From contig CAVOHG010000008.1 in the NCBI GenBank assembly GCA_963695655.1, positions 13,380-77,379 on the forward strand: DNA of 64,000 bases. Direction: 5' to 3'. Below the pieces are notes generated by a model. The model was not told where the DNA came from and made no database searches. It saw only the letters and a program-made list of their open reading frames with translations. The DNA comes from an uncultured Acidobacteriota bacterium (lineage in GTDB: Bacteria > Acidobacteriota > Vicinamibacteria > Vicinamibacterales > 2-12-FULL-66-21). The stretch's first letter is position 1. The number at the start of each line of letters is the position of its first letter. Made by a program: the position numbers and the translations under genes. This document shows positions 44,498-53,626 of the stretch, one piece after another.

Positions 44498-45876
44498 CAG
44501 ACGGCGCCGGATTGTGCCACTCGCGGCTTCCGTTCGTCAGCTGGCTCTCCTGTGAGGGGTCCCCACGATCCGGGCGCGTACTCGTAGACCGGCGTCACGT
44601 TGCCAAGCACGTTGTCGACCACGGCCCACGCCGCTTCGACGCCGTCCTGACGGGCGAACAGCGTCTGATCGCCATCCATCGCATCGTCCAGCAGTCGCTC
44701 GTAAGCATCGAGGTCGTCACCATTGGGCTGGTGGACGACACTCAATTCGGTCTGGTCGCCAACCATCTCGTCCCCTGGCCGCTTGACCCGCGCGCCGAGC
44801 GCAATCGTCACGTCGGGGCTCAGGCGGAAGCGCACGTAGTTCGTCTCGCCCGGGCACAGGCTGCTGAGGGGTGGCGGCCTGAGCGTCACCATCACCTCGG
44901 TCGTGGTCGTCGCCATCGACTTGCCGGCGCGCACGAGAAACGGCACGCCGTCCCAGCGCCACGAATCGATGTGGATGCGCGCGGCGACAAACGTCTCGAC
45001 CTGCGAATCTGGCGCGACTCCGTGCTCCTTGCGGTATCCGCGGAACTGGCCGCGGACGACGTCGGTTGGCCCGAGCGGCCGCATCGTCTTCAGGATCTTC
45101 ACCTGCTCGTCGCGCATCGATTGCTGCACCGCCTTGGCCGGCGGCTCCATTGCCAGGAAGCCAATCACCTGCAGCATGTGATTCTGCAGGACGTCACGGA
45201 TGGCGCCGGACTCCTCGTAGAAACCGCCGCGGCCTTCCACGCCGAACCTCTCCGCCATCGTGATCTGCACGCTTTCGATGTAGTGGCGGTTCCAAATTGG
45301 CTCGAGGAACGTGTTCGCGAATCTGAACAACAGCAGGTTGAGCACCGCCTCCTTGCCGAGGTAGTGATCGATCCGGAAGACTCGTGATTCGTCGAATACG
45401 GTGTGCAGCGTGGCGCTGAGCTCGCGGGCTGATGCGAGATCGCGGCCGAACGGCTTTTCGACGACGACGCGGCCATTGGTCGCGCAGCCGGAACGTCCAA
45501 GGCCTTCGACGATGGTGCCGAATTGGCTCGGTGGAATGGCGAGGTAGTGGAGCGGACGCGTGGCGCCGCCGAGCTCCTTGCGAAGTGTCTCGTACGTCCC
45601 CGGATCGGCGTAGTCGCCGCGCATGTAGCGCAGCCGTCCCATCAGCGCGGCGAGGGCGCGGTCGTCGACTGGCCCATGCTGCGCGACGCTCTCGCGCGCG
45701 CGCGCCTGGAACTGCTCGAGCGTCCAGTCGGATCGGGCGACGCCCACGACCGGGACGTCGAGGTGGCCGCGACGCGCCATGGCAAGCAGGGCGGGGAAGA
45801 TCTTCTTGTAGACGAGGTCGCCGGTCGCGCCAAAGAAAACAAGCGCGTCGGACCGTCCAGTGGTGTCAGCCATCAT
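44498..45876 (-). CDS. zwf: glucose-6-phosphate 1-dehydrogenase, frameshift in a C/G run near 44557
   Basis: [28 protein letters not shown] and EKPFG motifs. After removing one C the tail reads [26 protein letters not shown] with a stop at 44498..44500. Confidence 0.95.
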
Positions 45877-45892
45877 CAAAGCTTAGACGCAA

Positions 45893-45952
45893 ACGTGCTA
45901 CGTTCCACGTCCAACGTGGAACGTGGTACGTTCCCACGTGCTACGTGCGAAA
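45893..45952. repeat. tandem heptanucleotide array with constant ACGT core (same family as 24209..24263)
   Basis: Sequence reads acgtgct acgttcc acgtcca acgtgga acgtggt acgttcc cacgtgct acgtgcg. Confidence 0.85.
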
Positions 45953-45979
45953 CGATAACTGACTTCGAAGGGTTATATA

Positions 45980-46803
45980 TGGACAGGCGAGAATTTGTGA
46001 GCGCGGCGCTGGCCACCGGTGGCTCATTTCTGCCCATGGCGGCGGCCGCCGCAGAGCGTCAGGGCGCCGGACAGGGACGTTCGATGGACAAGACTTCTGA
46101 ATACTACGAACTGCGCCGCTACCAGCTCCGCCGCGGCCCGGGTCAGCAGATCGTCGACGCGTATCTGAAGGACGCCGCGGTGCCGGCATGGCAGCGCGCG
46201 GGAGCCGGGCCTGTCGGCGTGTTCACCGTGATGATCGGCCCCAGTAGCCCCAGCTTCTACGTGGTGATCCCGCACAAGAGCCTGGACGCCTTTGCGGCGT
46301 TGCCTGAGCGGCTTGCGGCTGACGCCGACTACCAGAAAGCCGGGGCCGCATACCTGGGGGCAGCCGCAACCGAACCTGCGTTCGTCCGCATCGAAACCAG
46401 CCTCGCCCGAGCCTTTGACGGGATGCCGCATCTCGAGCTGCCCTTCGGCGGCGGCGAGAACGGCAAGCGGACGCGCATCTTCGAGCTGCGGAGGTACGAG
46501 AGCCACAGCGAAAAGGCGGCGAAGAAAAAGATCGAAATGTTCAATACCGGAGAAATCGCGATCTTCAGGCGCGCCGGGCTGCAGCCGGTGTTCTTTGGCG
46601 AAACGGTTGCCGGGCCCGACATGCCCAACCTGACCTACATGCTGGTGTACGAAGACATGGCCGCACACGATAAGCAGTGGGGTGCGTTTTCCGCCGATCC
46701 TGAGTGGAAGAAGTTGTCCACGACGCCAGGGTTCACCGACCCGGAAATCGTGTCGAACATCAGCAACATGTATCTGAGGCCGACCGCGTACTCGCAGATC
46801 TGA
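45980..46803 (+). CDS. NIPSNAP-domain protein (two domains) with Tat-like signal
   Basis: MDRREFVSAALATGGSFLPMAAAAA; YYELRRYQL..AVPAWQRAG.. and IFELRRYESHS..IEMFNTGEIAIFRRAGL. Confidence 0.75.
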
Positions 46804-46812
46804 CGCCGGCCG

Positions 46813-47163
46813 TTACCGCACCCGAATGACTCCCTTCATCGTCGGGTGGAGGGTGCACGCGTACGCGATGTCGCCCTGAGCCTGTGCGGTGTAGGTCCAC
46901 GACTTGTCCGGCGCAATCTCCTTCGAGTCGAACGTGCCATCGTTCGCAGTCGCGGTGTGGGGGAACGGATCGTGGTTCGCCCACACGACGGAGTCGCCGA
47001 CATTGATCGTGATGTCGCCTGGCTGGAATTGCGTGCCGTCGACCGTCACCGTGTGAACCACGGGTGGAGGGACGGCCGCGGACGGGTGGCGGGGCATGCC
47101 CGAGAGCACCCCCGCCACGATCGCGGCGCAGACCACAAATCCGCAGACGCCGAGTCTCATCAC
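46813..47163 (-). CDS. cupredoxin (type-1 blue copper protein, plastocyanin/amicyanin-like)
   Basis: Signal/anchor, then VVWANHDPFPHT (His ligand) and YACTLHPTMKG (Cys-x2-His-x2-Met ligands). Confidence 0.8.
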   Translation of the reverse strand: MMRLGVCGFVVCAAIVAGVLSGMPRHPSAAVPPPVVHTVTVDGTQFQPGDITINVGDSVVWANHDPFPHTATANDGTFDSKEIAPDKSWTYTAQAQGDIAYACTLHPTMKGVIRVR

Positions 47164-47170
47164 GTCCAGC

Positions 47171-47695
47171 CTACTTCGAGAGTGTGGCCTGCAGGTGCTT
47201 CGCGTGCTCGAGATGAGCGACGAACGCCGGCCGGACCTTGACCAGGAGCGCCTTGAGCTCCTCGTTCTTCGCCGACGGAATCAGTGTCTTGTCAATGGCG
47301 TCGAGGACCTGCTGGTGATACGCCACCTCGTGGTCGATGTATGCCTTGTCGAAGGCGGCTCCTTTGAGCGTCTTGAGCTCGGTAATGTTTTTCTGCCCGC
47401 CCTCCTGGAGACTCTTGCTGGTCTCGTTGTCCTGTGGCGTGACCTTGAGCTTTGTCACCAGGTCGGTAGCGGACTTGTTCACGCCCGTATGGTCGGTCAC
47501 CATCGTCTGCGCGAACTTCTTCACTTCATCATTCTTCGAGGTCGACTTCGCGAGGTTGCCGGCATCGATGTCGACCTGGTTGGCGGTGACGACAATCGAG
47601 GCTATCTGCGCGTCGTTGATCCCCTGGGCCGAGACGACGGCGGCAGGAGCGAACAGCGAAGTGGCCATCACGAGAGCTGAGAGTTGCATGAGCAT
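47171..47695 (-). CDS. DUF4142-domain periplasmic protein
   Basis: Signal MLMQLSALVMATSLFAPAAVVSAQG, then ..IASIVVTANQVDIDAGNLA..KKFAQTMVTDHT..FDKAYIDHEVAYHQQVLD. Confidence 0.7.
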   Translation of the reverse strand: MLMQLSALVMATSLFAPAAVVSAQGINDAQIASIVVTANQVDIDAGNLAKSTSKNDEVKKFAQTMVTDHTGVNKSATDLVTKLKVTPQDNETSKSLQEGGQKNITELKTLKGAAFDKAYIDHEVAYHQQVLDAIDKTLIPSAKNEELKALLVKVRPAFVAHLEHAKHLQATLSK

Positions 47696-47806
47696 CCATC
47701 CTTGAATCGTTGGAAAACCGAGGAATACCGGCACGAGGCCGCGGAAGCGGCCGACCCAGGACAGACAGTGGAGCACCTGGCGTGCGGGCGATTTCGACGA
47801 ACATGT

Positions 47807-47837
47807 ATTCGATGCACGAACGCGCCGTCGCGTTCCC
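47807..47837 (-). promoter_or_regulatory. putative ECF-type promoter GGGAAC-N17-CATCGAAT upstream of DUF4142-cupredoxin
   Basis: The minus strand reads GGGAACGCGACGGCGCGTTCGTGCATCGAAT. It matches the site at 48601..48635 in the -35 hexamer, the spacing and the GTGCATCsAAT block. Confidence 0.45.
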
Positions 47838-47849
47838 GGCGGCAAAGAC

Positions 47850-48581
47850 TCAGGCGGTACAGGGACCTGGAGCATCGGGAACGGGCGCGTCGCTCTCAGC
47901 CTGCACTCGGGCCAGGACCTCGGCGACGATCCGGTCGCATCGCGCGCCGGCAAACCCGAATACGTTCAGCGTTGCGGTATCGAAGTCGCGCGCCAGGGCT
48001 TCGCGCAGGAGTGCGCGCGCGCGGAAGAGACGCGTGCGGACGGTTGCTGGCGGAACGCTGAGGATATCGGCGACCTCCTGGACCGTCATGTCCTCGACCT
48101 CGCGCATCACGAACACGGTTCGAAACGCGAGTGGCAGATCATCGATGCGCCGCTCGATAAGGCGGCGCATTTCCGCCCGGAGGAGGCCCTCGGGCGCAGA
48201 TTCCGTCGTGCGATCCGGCACCTGTACCTCCGGCGCGTCGCTCCCGCGTTCAGGATCGTGAAAGGGAAGCACGACCCGTTCGCGCTTCTGGCGCCGCAGG
48301 CGCATCAGCGCCTGGTTCACCACGATACGCGTCAACCATGTTCCGAGCTGTGCGTCGCCTTTGAAAGCACTCATATGCCGGAACGCGTCGAGATACGCAT
48401 CCTGCAAGGCATCTTCGGCGTCCCCATCGTCCTTGAGAATGGCGCGAGCGACCCGGAACAGCCGGCCGTTGTAGCGACGCATCAGCGCCTCGAACGCCGA
48501 GTCGTCGCGAAGGACGATCCGGCGAACCAGGTCGGCATCATCTACCGGCAGCCGCGCCGAATCAGCAAATCCTGCGTGCAT
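47850..48581 (-). CDS. ECF (group 4) RNA polymerase sigma factor with ~45-aa C-terminal extension
   Basis: Region 2: FEALMRRYNGRLFRVARAILKDDGDAEDALQDAYLDAFRH. Region 4: FRTVFVMREVEDMTVQEVADILSVPPATVRTRLFRARALLREAL. Extension: FGFAGARCDRIVAEVLARV. Confidence 0.9.
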   Translation of the reverse strand: MHAGFADSARLPVDDADLVRRIVLRDDSAFEALMRRYNGRLFRVARAILKDDGDAEDALQDAYLDAFRHMSAFKGDAQLGTWLTRIVVNQALMRLRRQKRERVVLPFHDPERGSDAPEVQVPDRTTESAPEGLLRAEMRRLIERRIDDLPLAFRTVFVMREVEDMTVQEVADILSVPPATVRTRLFRARALLREALARDFDTATLNVFGFAGARCDRIVAEVLARVQAESDAPVPDAPGPCTA

Positions 48582-48600
48582 GAGGTCTCCGCTCAGTCTT

Positions 48601-48635
48601 GCACATTGGATGCACAGGAGGCGCCGGATGTTCCC
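48601..48635 (-). promoter_or_regulatory. putative autoregulated ECF-type promoter GGGAAC-N17-CATCCAAT upstream of the sigma gene
   Basis: The minus strand reads GGGAACATCCGGCGCCTCCTGTGCATCCAATGTGC. The CATCCAAT block ends about 25 nt before the ATG at 48581. Confidence 0.45.
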
Positions 48636-48716
48636 AGCCCCGCGACTCTGGCATATCCTTCTAAATATCGGGGCGCGTAGCCCCTTCGAAAAGCAGGGCT
48701 CTTTCTGGAGTTTGTT

Positions 48717-50366
48717 TTGACGAAGCGTTTCCTGATTGTTGTCGTACTGGTCGGACTCGCAGCGGCGGGCCGCCCAGCCGCCCTCCCGGCGCAGCGACCC
48801 TCGGCGCCATCGGCGGATATCAAGCTCGTGCTGCTCATCGCCGTGGACCAGTTCCGGGCTGACTACCTGACGCGATTCGACCCGGAATACAAGGAAGGAT
48901 TCAGGCGTCTCCTGAACGACGGTGCCGTGTTCACGAGCGCGAAGCTGGAGCATTACCCGACCGTGACCGCCATCGGGCACTCGACGATGCTTAGCGGCGC
49001 GATCCCGGCCGACAGCGGGATCATCGGCAACGACTGGTACGACCGGCAGTCGGCGACGACGGTGACGAGTGTTTCCGACACGTCGGTTCAGGTCGTTGGC
49101 GGGAGCACGGCCGCCGGGACGGGAGCATCCCCCAGGCGCCTGCTGGTAAGTACTGTTGCCGATGAGCTGAAAATGGCTCGCACCAGGCCGGGCGGGCAGT
49201 CGCCGCGCGTCATTGGCATTTCGCTGAAGGACCGTGCCGCCATCCTGCCCGCCGGCCGAGGCGCCAATGCTGCCTACTGGCTGGACATGACGTCCGGTGC
49301 CTTCATCACCAGCACCTACTATCAGCCGGAGCTGCCCCGGTGGCTCGTCGCCTTCAACCAGCGGAAACTCCCCGATTCGTATGCGGGGAAGACGTGGACG
49401 CTTGCGGAAGGAAAGCCGACCGAACCGCACACCATGCCGGAAAAGATCGGTGGACCACTCTATACCGCGGTATTTGGCAGCCCGTTCGGCAACGAACTGC
49501 TCCTCGCGCTTGCGACCGAAACGCTGGCGCAGGAAAAGCTTGGACAGCGTGGAGTCACCGATCTCTTCACCGTCAGTTTCTCCGCGAACGACTCTGTCGG
49601 CCACAAATACGGGCCCGAGTCGCCTGAGGTGCGCGACATCGCGGTCAAGACGGACGCGGTGATCGGCAGGCTGCTCGCAGAGGTCGACAAGAGTGTCGGG
49701 CTCGCTCACACGCTCGTGATGTTCACTTCGGACCACGGTGTTGCGCCGATGCCCGAGACGATGGCAGAACGGCATATGCCGGGCGGGCGGGCCGACGGAC
49801 CGGCGCTGTTCGATGCCATCCAGCGCGCGCTCGAAGCCCGCTTCGGTGCGGGCAAGTGGCTTCTCGCCACCGCCGGCACGGCCCCGTATCTGAACTACGC
49901 GCTGATGACCGAGAAGAAGGCCGATCCTGCAGAGGTCCGGCGCGTCGCGGCGGACGCCGCTCGCGCCTTAACGGCCGCTCACGTCTCGCGTGTCTACACG
50001 CGCGACCAGCTCCTCCGCGCAGAAGTCGCGGACGACGTGATCGGGCGACGGGTGCTGCGGGGATTCAACCCCTCGCGCTCAGGTGATCTGGAAATCGTCC
50101 TCGAGCCGTACTGGATTCGCGGGGCCACAGGTACGACGCACGGAACGCCCTACAACTACGATGCCGCCATACCGCTCATCCTGATGGGGCCCGGCGTGGT
50201 GCCGGGGCGATACGCCGCCGCCGTCGCACTGAACGACGCCGCACCGACGCTCTCGACCATTCTGAACATTCCGATGCCCAGCGCGTCGGCCGGCCGGGTG
50301 CTCATCGAAGCGCTTCAGCCGATGCATGCCGGGTCGAACACATCGGCCGCTCCGCACCATCCTTAG
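48717..50366 (+). CDS. alkaline phosphatase-superfamily enzyme, PafA/NPP-like phosphatase, intact
   Basis: Signal peptide, then LIAVDQFRADYL, HYPTVTAIGHSTMLSG, IGNDWYD, FSANDSVGHKYGP, FTSDHG, THGTPYNYD. Confidence 0.85.
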   Translation: MTKRFLIVVVLVGLAAAGRPAALPAQRPSAPSADIKLVLLIAVDQFRADYLTRFDPEYKEGFRRLLNDGAVFTSAKLEHYPTVTAIGHSTMLSGAIPADSGIIGNDWYDRQSATTVTSVSDTSVQVVGGSTAAGTGASPRRLLVSTVADELKMARTRPGGQSPRVIGISLKDRAAILPAGRGANAAYWLDMTSGAFITSTYYQPELPRWLVAFNQRKLPDSYAGKTWTLAEGKPTEPHTMPEKIGGPLYTAVFGSPFGNELLLALATETLAQEKLGQRGVTDLFTVSFSANDSVGHKYGPESPEVRDIAVKTDAVIGRLLAEVDKSVGLAHTLVMFTSDHGVAPMPETMAERHMPGGRADGPALFDAIQRALEARFGAGKWLLATAGTAPYLNYALMTEKKADPAEVRRVAADAARALTAAHVSRVYTRDQLLRAEVADDVIGRRVLRGFNPSRSGDLEIVLEPYWIRGATGTTHGTPYNYDAAIPLILMGPGVVPGRYAAAVALNDAAPTLSTILNIPMPSASAGRVLIEALQPMHAGSNTSAAPHHP

Positions 50367-50437
50367 CGTTTGTGTCTCGCCATTCTCGGGGGCGGGGAAG
50401 TCAATGGTAGAAACCGAAGTGTCACGACGACCGCAGG

Positions 50438-51715
50438 ATGCCGCGCACCGGGGTGAACTCACCGGCCCAGGTCCTCTTTGCGAGTCTCATTGGCACCACC
50501 ATCGAGTTCTTCGATTTCTACATCTATGCGACGGCCGCGGTGCTGGTGTTTCCAAGGCTGTTCTTCCCGGCGTCCGACCCTGCCTCGGCCACGCTCGCCT
50601 CGCTCGCCACTTTTGCGATTGCATTTCTCGCACGACCGGTGGGATCCGCCGTGTTCGGTCACTTCGGCGATCGGGTCGGCCGCAAGACAACGCTCGTGGC
50701 CGCGTTGTTGACGATGGGGATTTCGACGGTGACGATCGGCGCGCTGCCGACCTACGCGTCGATCGGTGTGGCCGCGCCGCTGCTGCTGGCACTGTGCCGC
50801 TTCGGACAGGGGCTCGGGCTCGGAGGCGAGTGGGGCGGAGCCGTTCTCCTCGCGATTGAGAATGCCCCTCCGGGCCGGCGGGCGTGGTACGGCATGTTCC
50901 CGCAGCTCGGCGCGCCGCTCGGATTCTTCTGCTCGGGCGGGATCTTTCTCCTCCTGTCGTCGCGGCTGACTGACGATCAGTTCTTCAGGTTCGGCTGGCG
51001 CATCCCGTTCCTCGCCAGCGCACTGCTCGTCATCGTCGGGCTCTACGTGCGGCTGACGATCACCGAAACGCCAGTGTTCCAGGAGGCGGTGACGCGGAGC
51101 GCACGCGTCAAGCTGCCGATGGGCGTGGTGTTCCGGCATCACGGCCGGGCTCTCGCACTCGGAACGCTCATCGCGCTCGCAACCTTCGTGCTGTTTTATC
51201 TGATGACAGTGTTCGCGCTGGCATGGGGAACGTCGGCGCTCGGATACAGCCGGCAGCAGTTTCTGCTCATCCAGTTGTTCGGGATCCTGTTCTTCGCCGC
51301 GACGATTCCGCTCTCCGCGCTCCTGGCCGATCGCTTCGGCCGGAGACGCACGCTCCTGGTCGTCACCGCGGCGATCGGGATCTTCGGCTTCGTGCTTTCA
51401 CCGCTGCTGCTGGCGGGCACGGCCGGTGCCGTCATCATGATCGCGCTCGGGCTGTCGCTGATGGGCCTGACGTATGGGCCGCTCGGCACGGCACTCTCCG
51501 AGCTGTTCCCGACGACGGTCCGTTACACCGGCAGTTCGCTGACGTTCAACCTGGCCGGCGTGTTCGGCGCCTCGCTGGCGCCGTACATCGCGACATGGCT
51601 GGCGAAGACGTATGGATTGCCCTACGTCGGGTTCTATCTCACCCTTGCCGCGGCCCTGACCTTTGTCGGTCTCCTCGCCTCGAGGGAGACGAAGGATCAG
51701 GACCTCACCCAGTAG
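50438..51715 (+). CDS. MFS transporter, metabolite:H+ symporter (MHS) family
   Basis: [72 protein letters not shown]. Confidence 0.85.
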   Translation: MPRTGVNSPAQVLFASLIGTTIEFFDFYIYATAAVLVFPRLFFPASDPASATLASLATFAIAFLARPVGSAVFGHFGDRVGRKTTLVAALLTMGISTVTIGALPTYASIGVAAPLLLALCRFGQGLGLGGEWGGAVLLAIENAPPGRRAWYGMFPQLGAPLGFFCSGGIFLLLSSRLTDDQFFRFGWRIPFLASALLVIVGLYVRLTITETPVFQEAVTRSARVKLPMGVVFRHHGRALALGTLIALATFVLFYLMTVFALAWGTSALGYSRQQFLLIQLFGILFFAATIPLSALLADRFGRRRTLLVVTAAIGIFGFVLSPLLLAGTAGAVIMIALGLSLMGLTYGPLGTALSELFPTTVRYTGSSLTFNLAGVFGASLAPYIATWLAKTYGLPYVGFYLTLAAALTFVGLLASRETKDQDLTQ

Positions 51716-51721
51716 AACCTT

Positions 51722-52285
51722 TCACTCGCGTCCCACTCCGAGCGCATCTGCGACGCGATTGATGTAGTTGAACCATGAGGCGATGAGCGTGATTTGCAGG
51801 ATGCCGCGATCGTCGAAGCCTTCGGCTCGAAGCCGATCGTGGAACTCCGGTCCGATCATCGTCGCGTCACGCGTGATCTGCTCGACATACTCGAGCATGA
51901 CCCGATCCTGGCTGGAGATTGGGGCCGACCGGTAGTCGCGCTTCAGCGCCTCCACGAACTCGTCGTCCAGCGTCACTCTACGCAGAAACTCTGCGTGGGA
52001 CTCCAGTCAATACTGGCACCGGTTGATCGACGACACGACGGTCGTGATCATCTCGTGCTGCCGGCGGGTGAGGGGCAGGTCGGTCGACATCAGCGCGCCG
52101 AACGCGGCGAAGGCATGATGCAGCGCGTCCGGTATCAGCGAGTGCGAGCCGACGATTCCATCGGTGTCCTTGTGATGCGGATGTGTCGGCTGCGCGTACT
52201 CAATCGGGTAGAGCGCATGCTGGGCCGCGCGCGCCTCGCGCAGCCGCTCGTCGTCTTCGAAGGGTACCGTGCGAATCCATGTCAT
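51722..52285 (-). CDS. AhpD/carboxymuconolactone-decarboxylase-family peroxidase-related protein with in-frame TGA at 52007..52009 (candidate selenocysteine; otherwise a split gene)
   Basis: [93 protein letters not shown]. The two ORFs are in the same frame, and the TGA sits at Cys2 of the CxxC motif. Confidence 0.7.
51980..51996 (-). promoter_or_regulatory. SECIS-like stem-loop 10 nt downstream of the in-frame UGA
   Basis: mRNA reads UGA CUGGAGUCCC ACGCAG AGUUU CUGCGU: a perfect 6-bp stem and a 5-nt loop with G at loop position 2. A bulged lower stem is possible. Confidence 0.4.
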
Positions 52286-53622
52286 CGCGAAACCTCTGGA
52301 GCAACAGCGGAGGAGGCGGCAGGAACACCGCGGGTCAGGTGGAACACAGGAATGCCGGCAGCGACGAGCCCAACGCCGAGCGCCGCCTGTAACGGGTTGT
52401 TGAGCGCCAGCAGTCCGAGCAGGCCGGCAACCATGAGCAAGAATATCAGCGCGGTCCAGGGATGTCCCGGCACGCTGAAGCCGGGGTCCCGGCGGGCGAG
52501 CACGAAGACGGCGGCCACGGTCGCCGCGATGAAGGCCACGGTGATGAAGATGAAGTAGGCGACGATGGTATCGAACGTCCCCAGTCCGACGAGAATCGAC
52601 GCGAGGACCGCCTGCGCCGCGATCGCGCGCGCGGGCGTTCCGAAGCGCGGATGAATCGCGGCTGCCGCGGCGGGGAACACACCGTCCTGCGCCATGGCGA
52701 AGTAGACCCGCGGGCCGAGCATCAACACCGCCGCCAGGCTGCCGAGGACGCAGACCACGACAATTCCCGCCACCGCGACGCCTCCCGACCGTCCCAGCAG
52801 GACGGCCCCGACCTGTGCCACGAACGCATCGCCCGACCCGATCCCTGCGATCGGGATGATGTAGATGAACGCCAGCGTCGTCAGGATGTAGACGAGCGTG
52901 ACAATCGCGAGCCCCATCAGAAGCGCGCGCGGCATCGTTCGCGACGGGTCGCGGACTTCGCCCGCGATCTTGGTGACCTCCCACCAGCCCCCAAATGAAA
53001 AGAACGCTCCGATGAGGGCGCCGACGGCAGCCGGGCCAAAGGGCGGCGCGGCGGGCGGCCGCGACGTGAACGGCACGAAGTGGCGCCAGTCGCCTGACTG
53101 GCTCGCCGCAGCGAGAACGAGCAACGCGGCGATGAGGGCCAGTTTCAGGACGGCAAGGCCCGTCAACAGCCGGGTGCCCGGGCGAACCCCCACGACGTGG
53201 ACGAGTGCGAGTGCAACGATGGCGCCGATTGCGACGAGGCGCTGCGCACCACCTCCGAGCGGGACGATGTAGGCGATGTAGGAGGCGAGGCCAGTCGCGA
53301 GCGCCGCGGTAATCCCCGGGTCCATGATGAGGAAGCACTTCCACCCATACAGGAACGCCACACGTCGGCCGTAGGCCTCACGGAGGTAGACATATCCACC
53401 GCCGGCGTGTGGATAACGGGCGGCAAGAGCGCCGTAACACACCGCACCGCACATCGCCATCCCGCCGATGAGGCCCCAGGCGACGAGCACCCAGAAAGGA
53501 GACGCCAGCGCGCGGATCATCGACCCTGGGGTGAGAAAGATCCCAACCGCGATCACCTGGCCGACCACGAGCGCAGTCGCGGCCGGGAGCGTCAGCTCGC
53601 GGGTCAGGCTACGGGTAGACAT
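52282..53622 (-). CDS. APC-superfamily amino acid permease, intact
   Basis: LTLPAATALVVGQVIAVGIFLTPG..GGYVYLREAYG..FSFGGWWEVTKIAGEVRDPSRTMPRA. The stop overlaps the AhpD-like ATG (ATGA). Confidence 0.85.
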   Translation of the reverse strand: MSTRSLTRELTLPAATALVVGQVIAVGIFLTPGSMIRALASPFWVLVAWGLIGGMAMCGAVCYGALAARYPHAGGGYVYLREAYGRRVAFLYGWKCFLIMDPGITAALATGLASYIAYIVPLGGGAQRLVAIGAIVALALVHVVGVRPGTRLLTGLAVLKLALIAALLVLAAASQSGDWRHFVPFTSRPPAAPPFGPAAVGALIGAFFSFGGWWEVTKIAGEVRDPSRTMPRALLMGLAIVTLVYILTTLAFIYIIPIAGIGSGDAFVAQVGAVLLGRSGGVAVAGIVVVCVLGSLAAVLMLGPRVYFAMAQDGVFPAAAAAIHPRFGTPARAIAAQAVLASILVGLGTFDTIVAYFIFITVAFIAATVAAVFVLARRDPGFSVPGHPWTALIFLLMVAGLLGLLALNNPLQAALGVGLVAAGIPVFHLTRGVPAASSAVAPEVSR

Positions 53623-53626
53623 CGAT

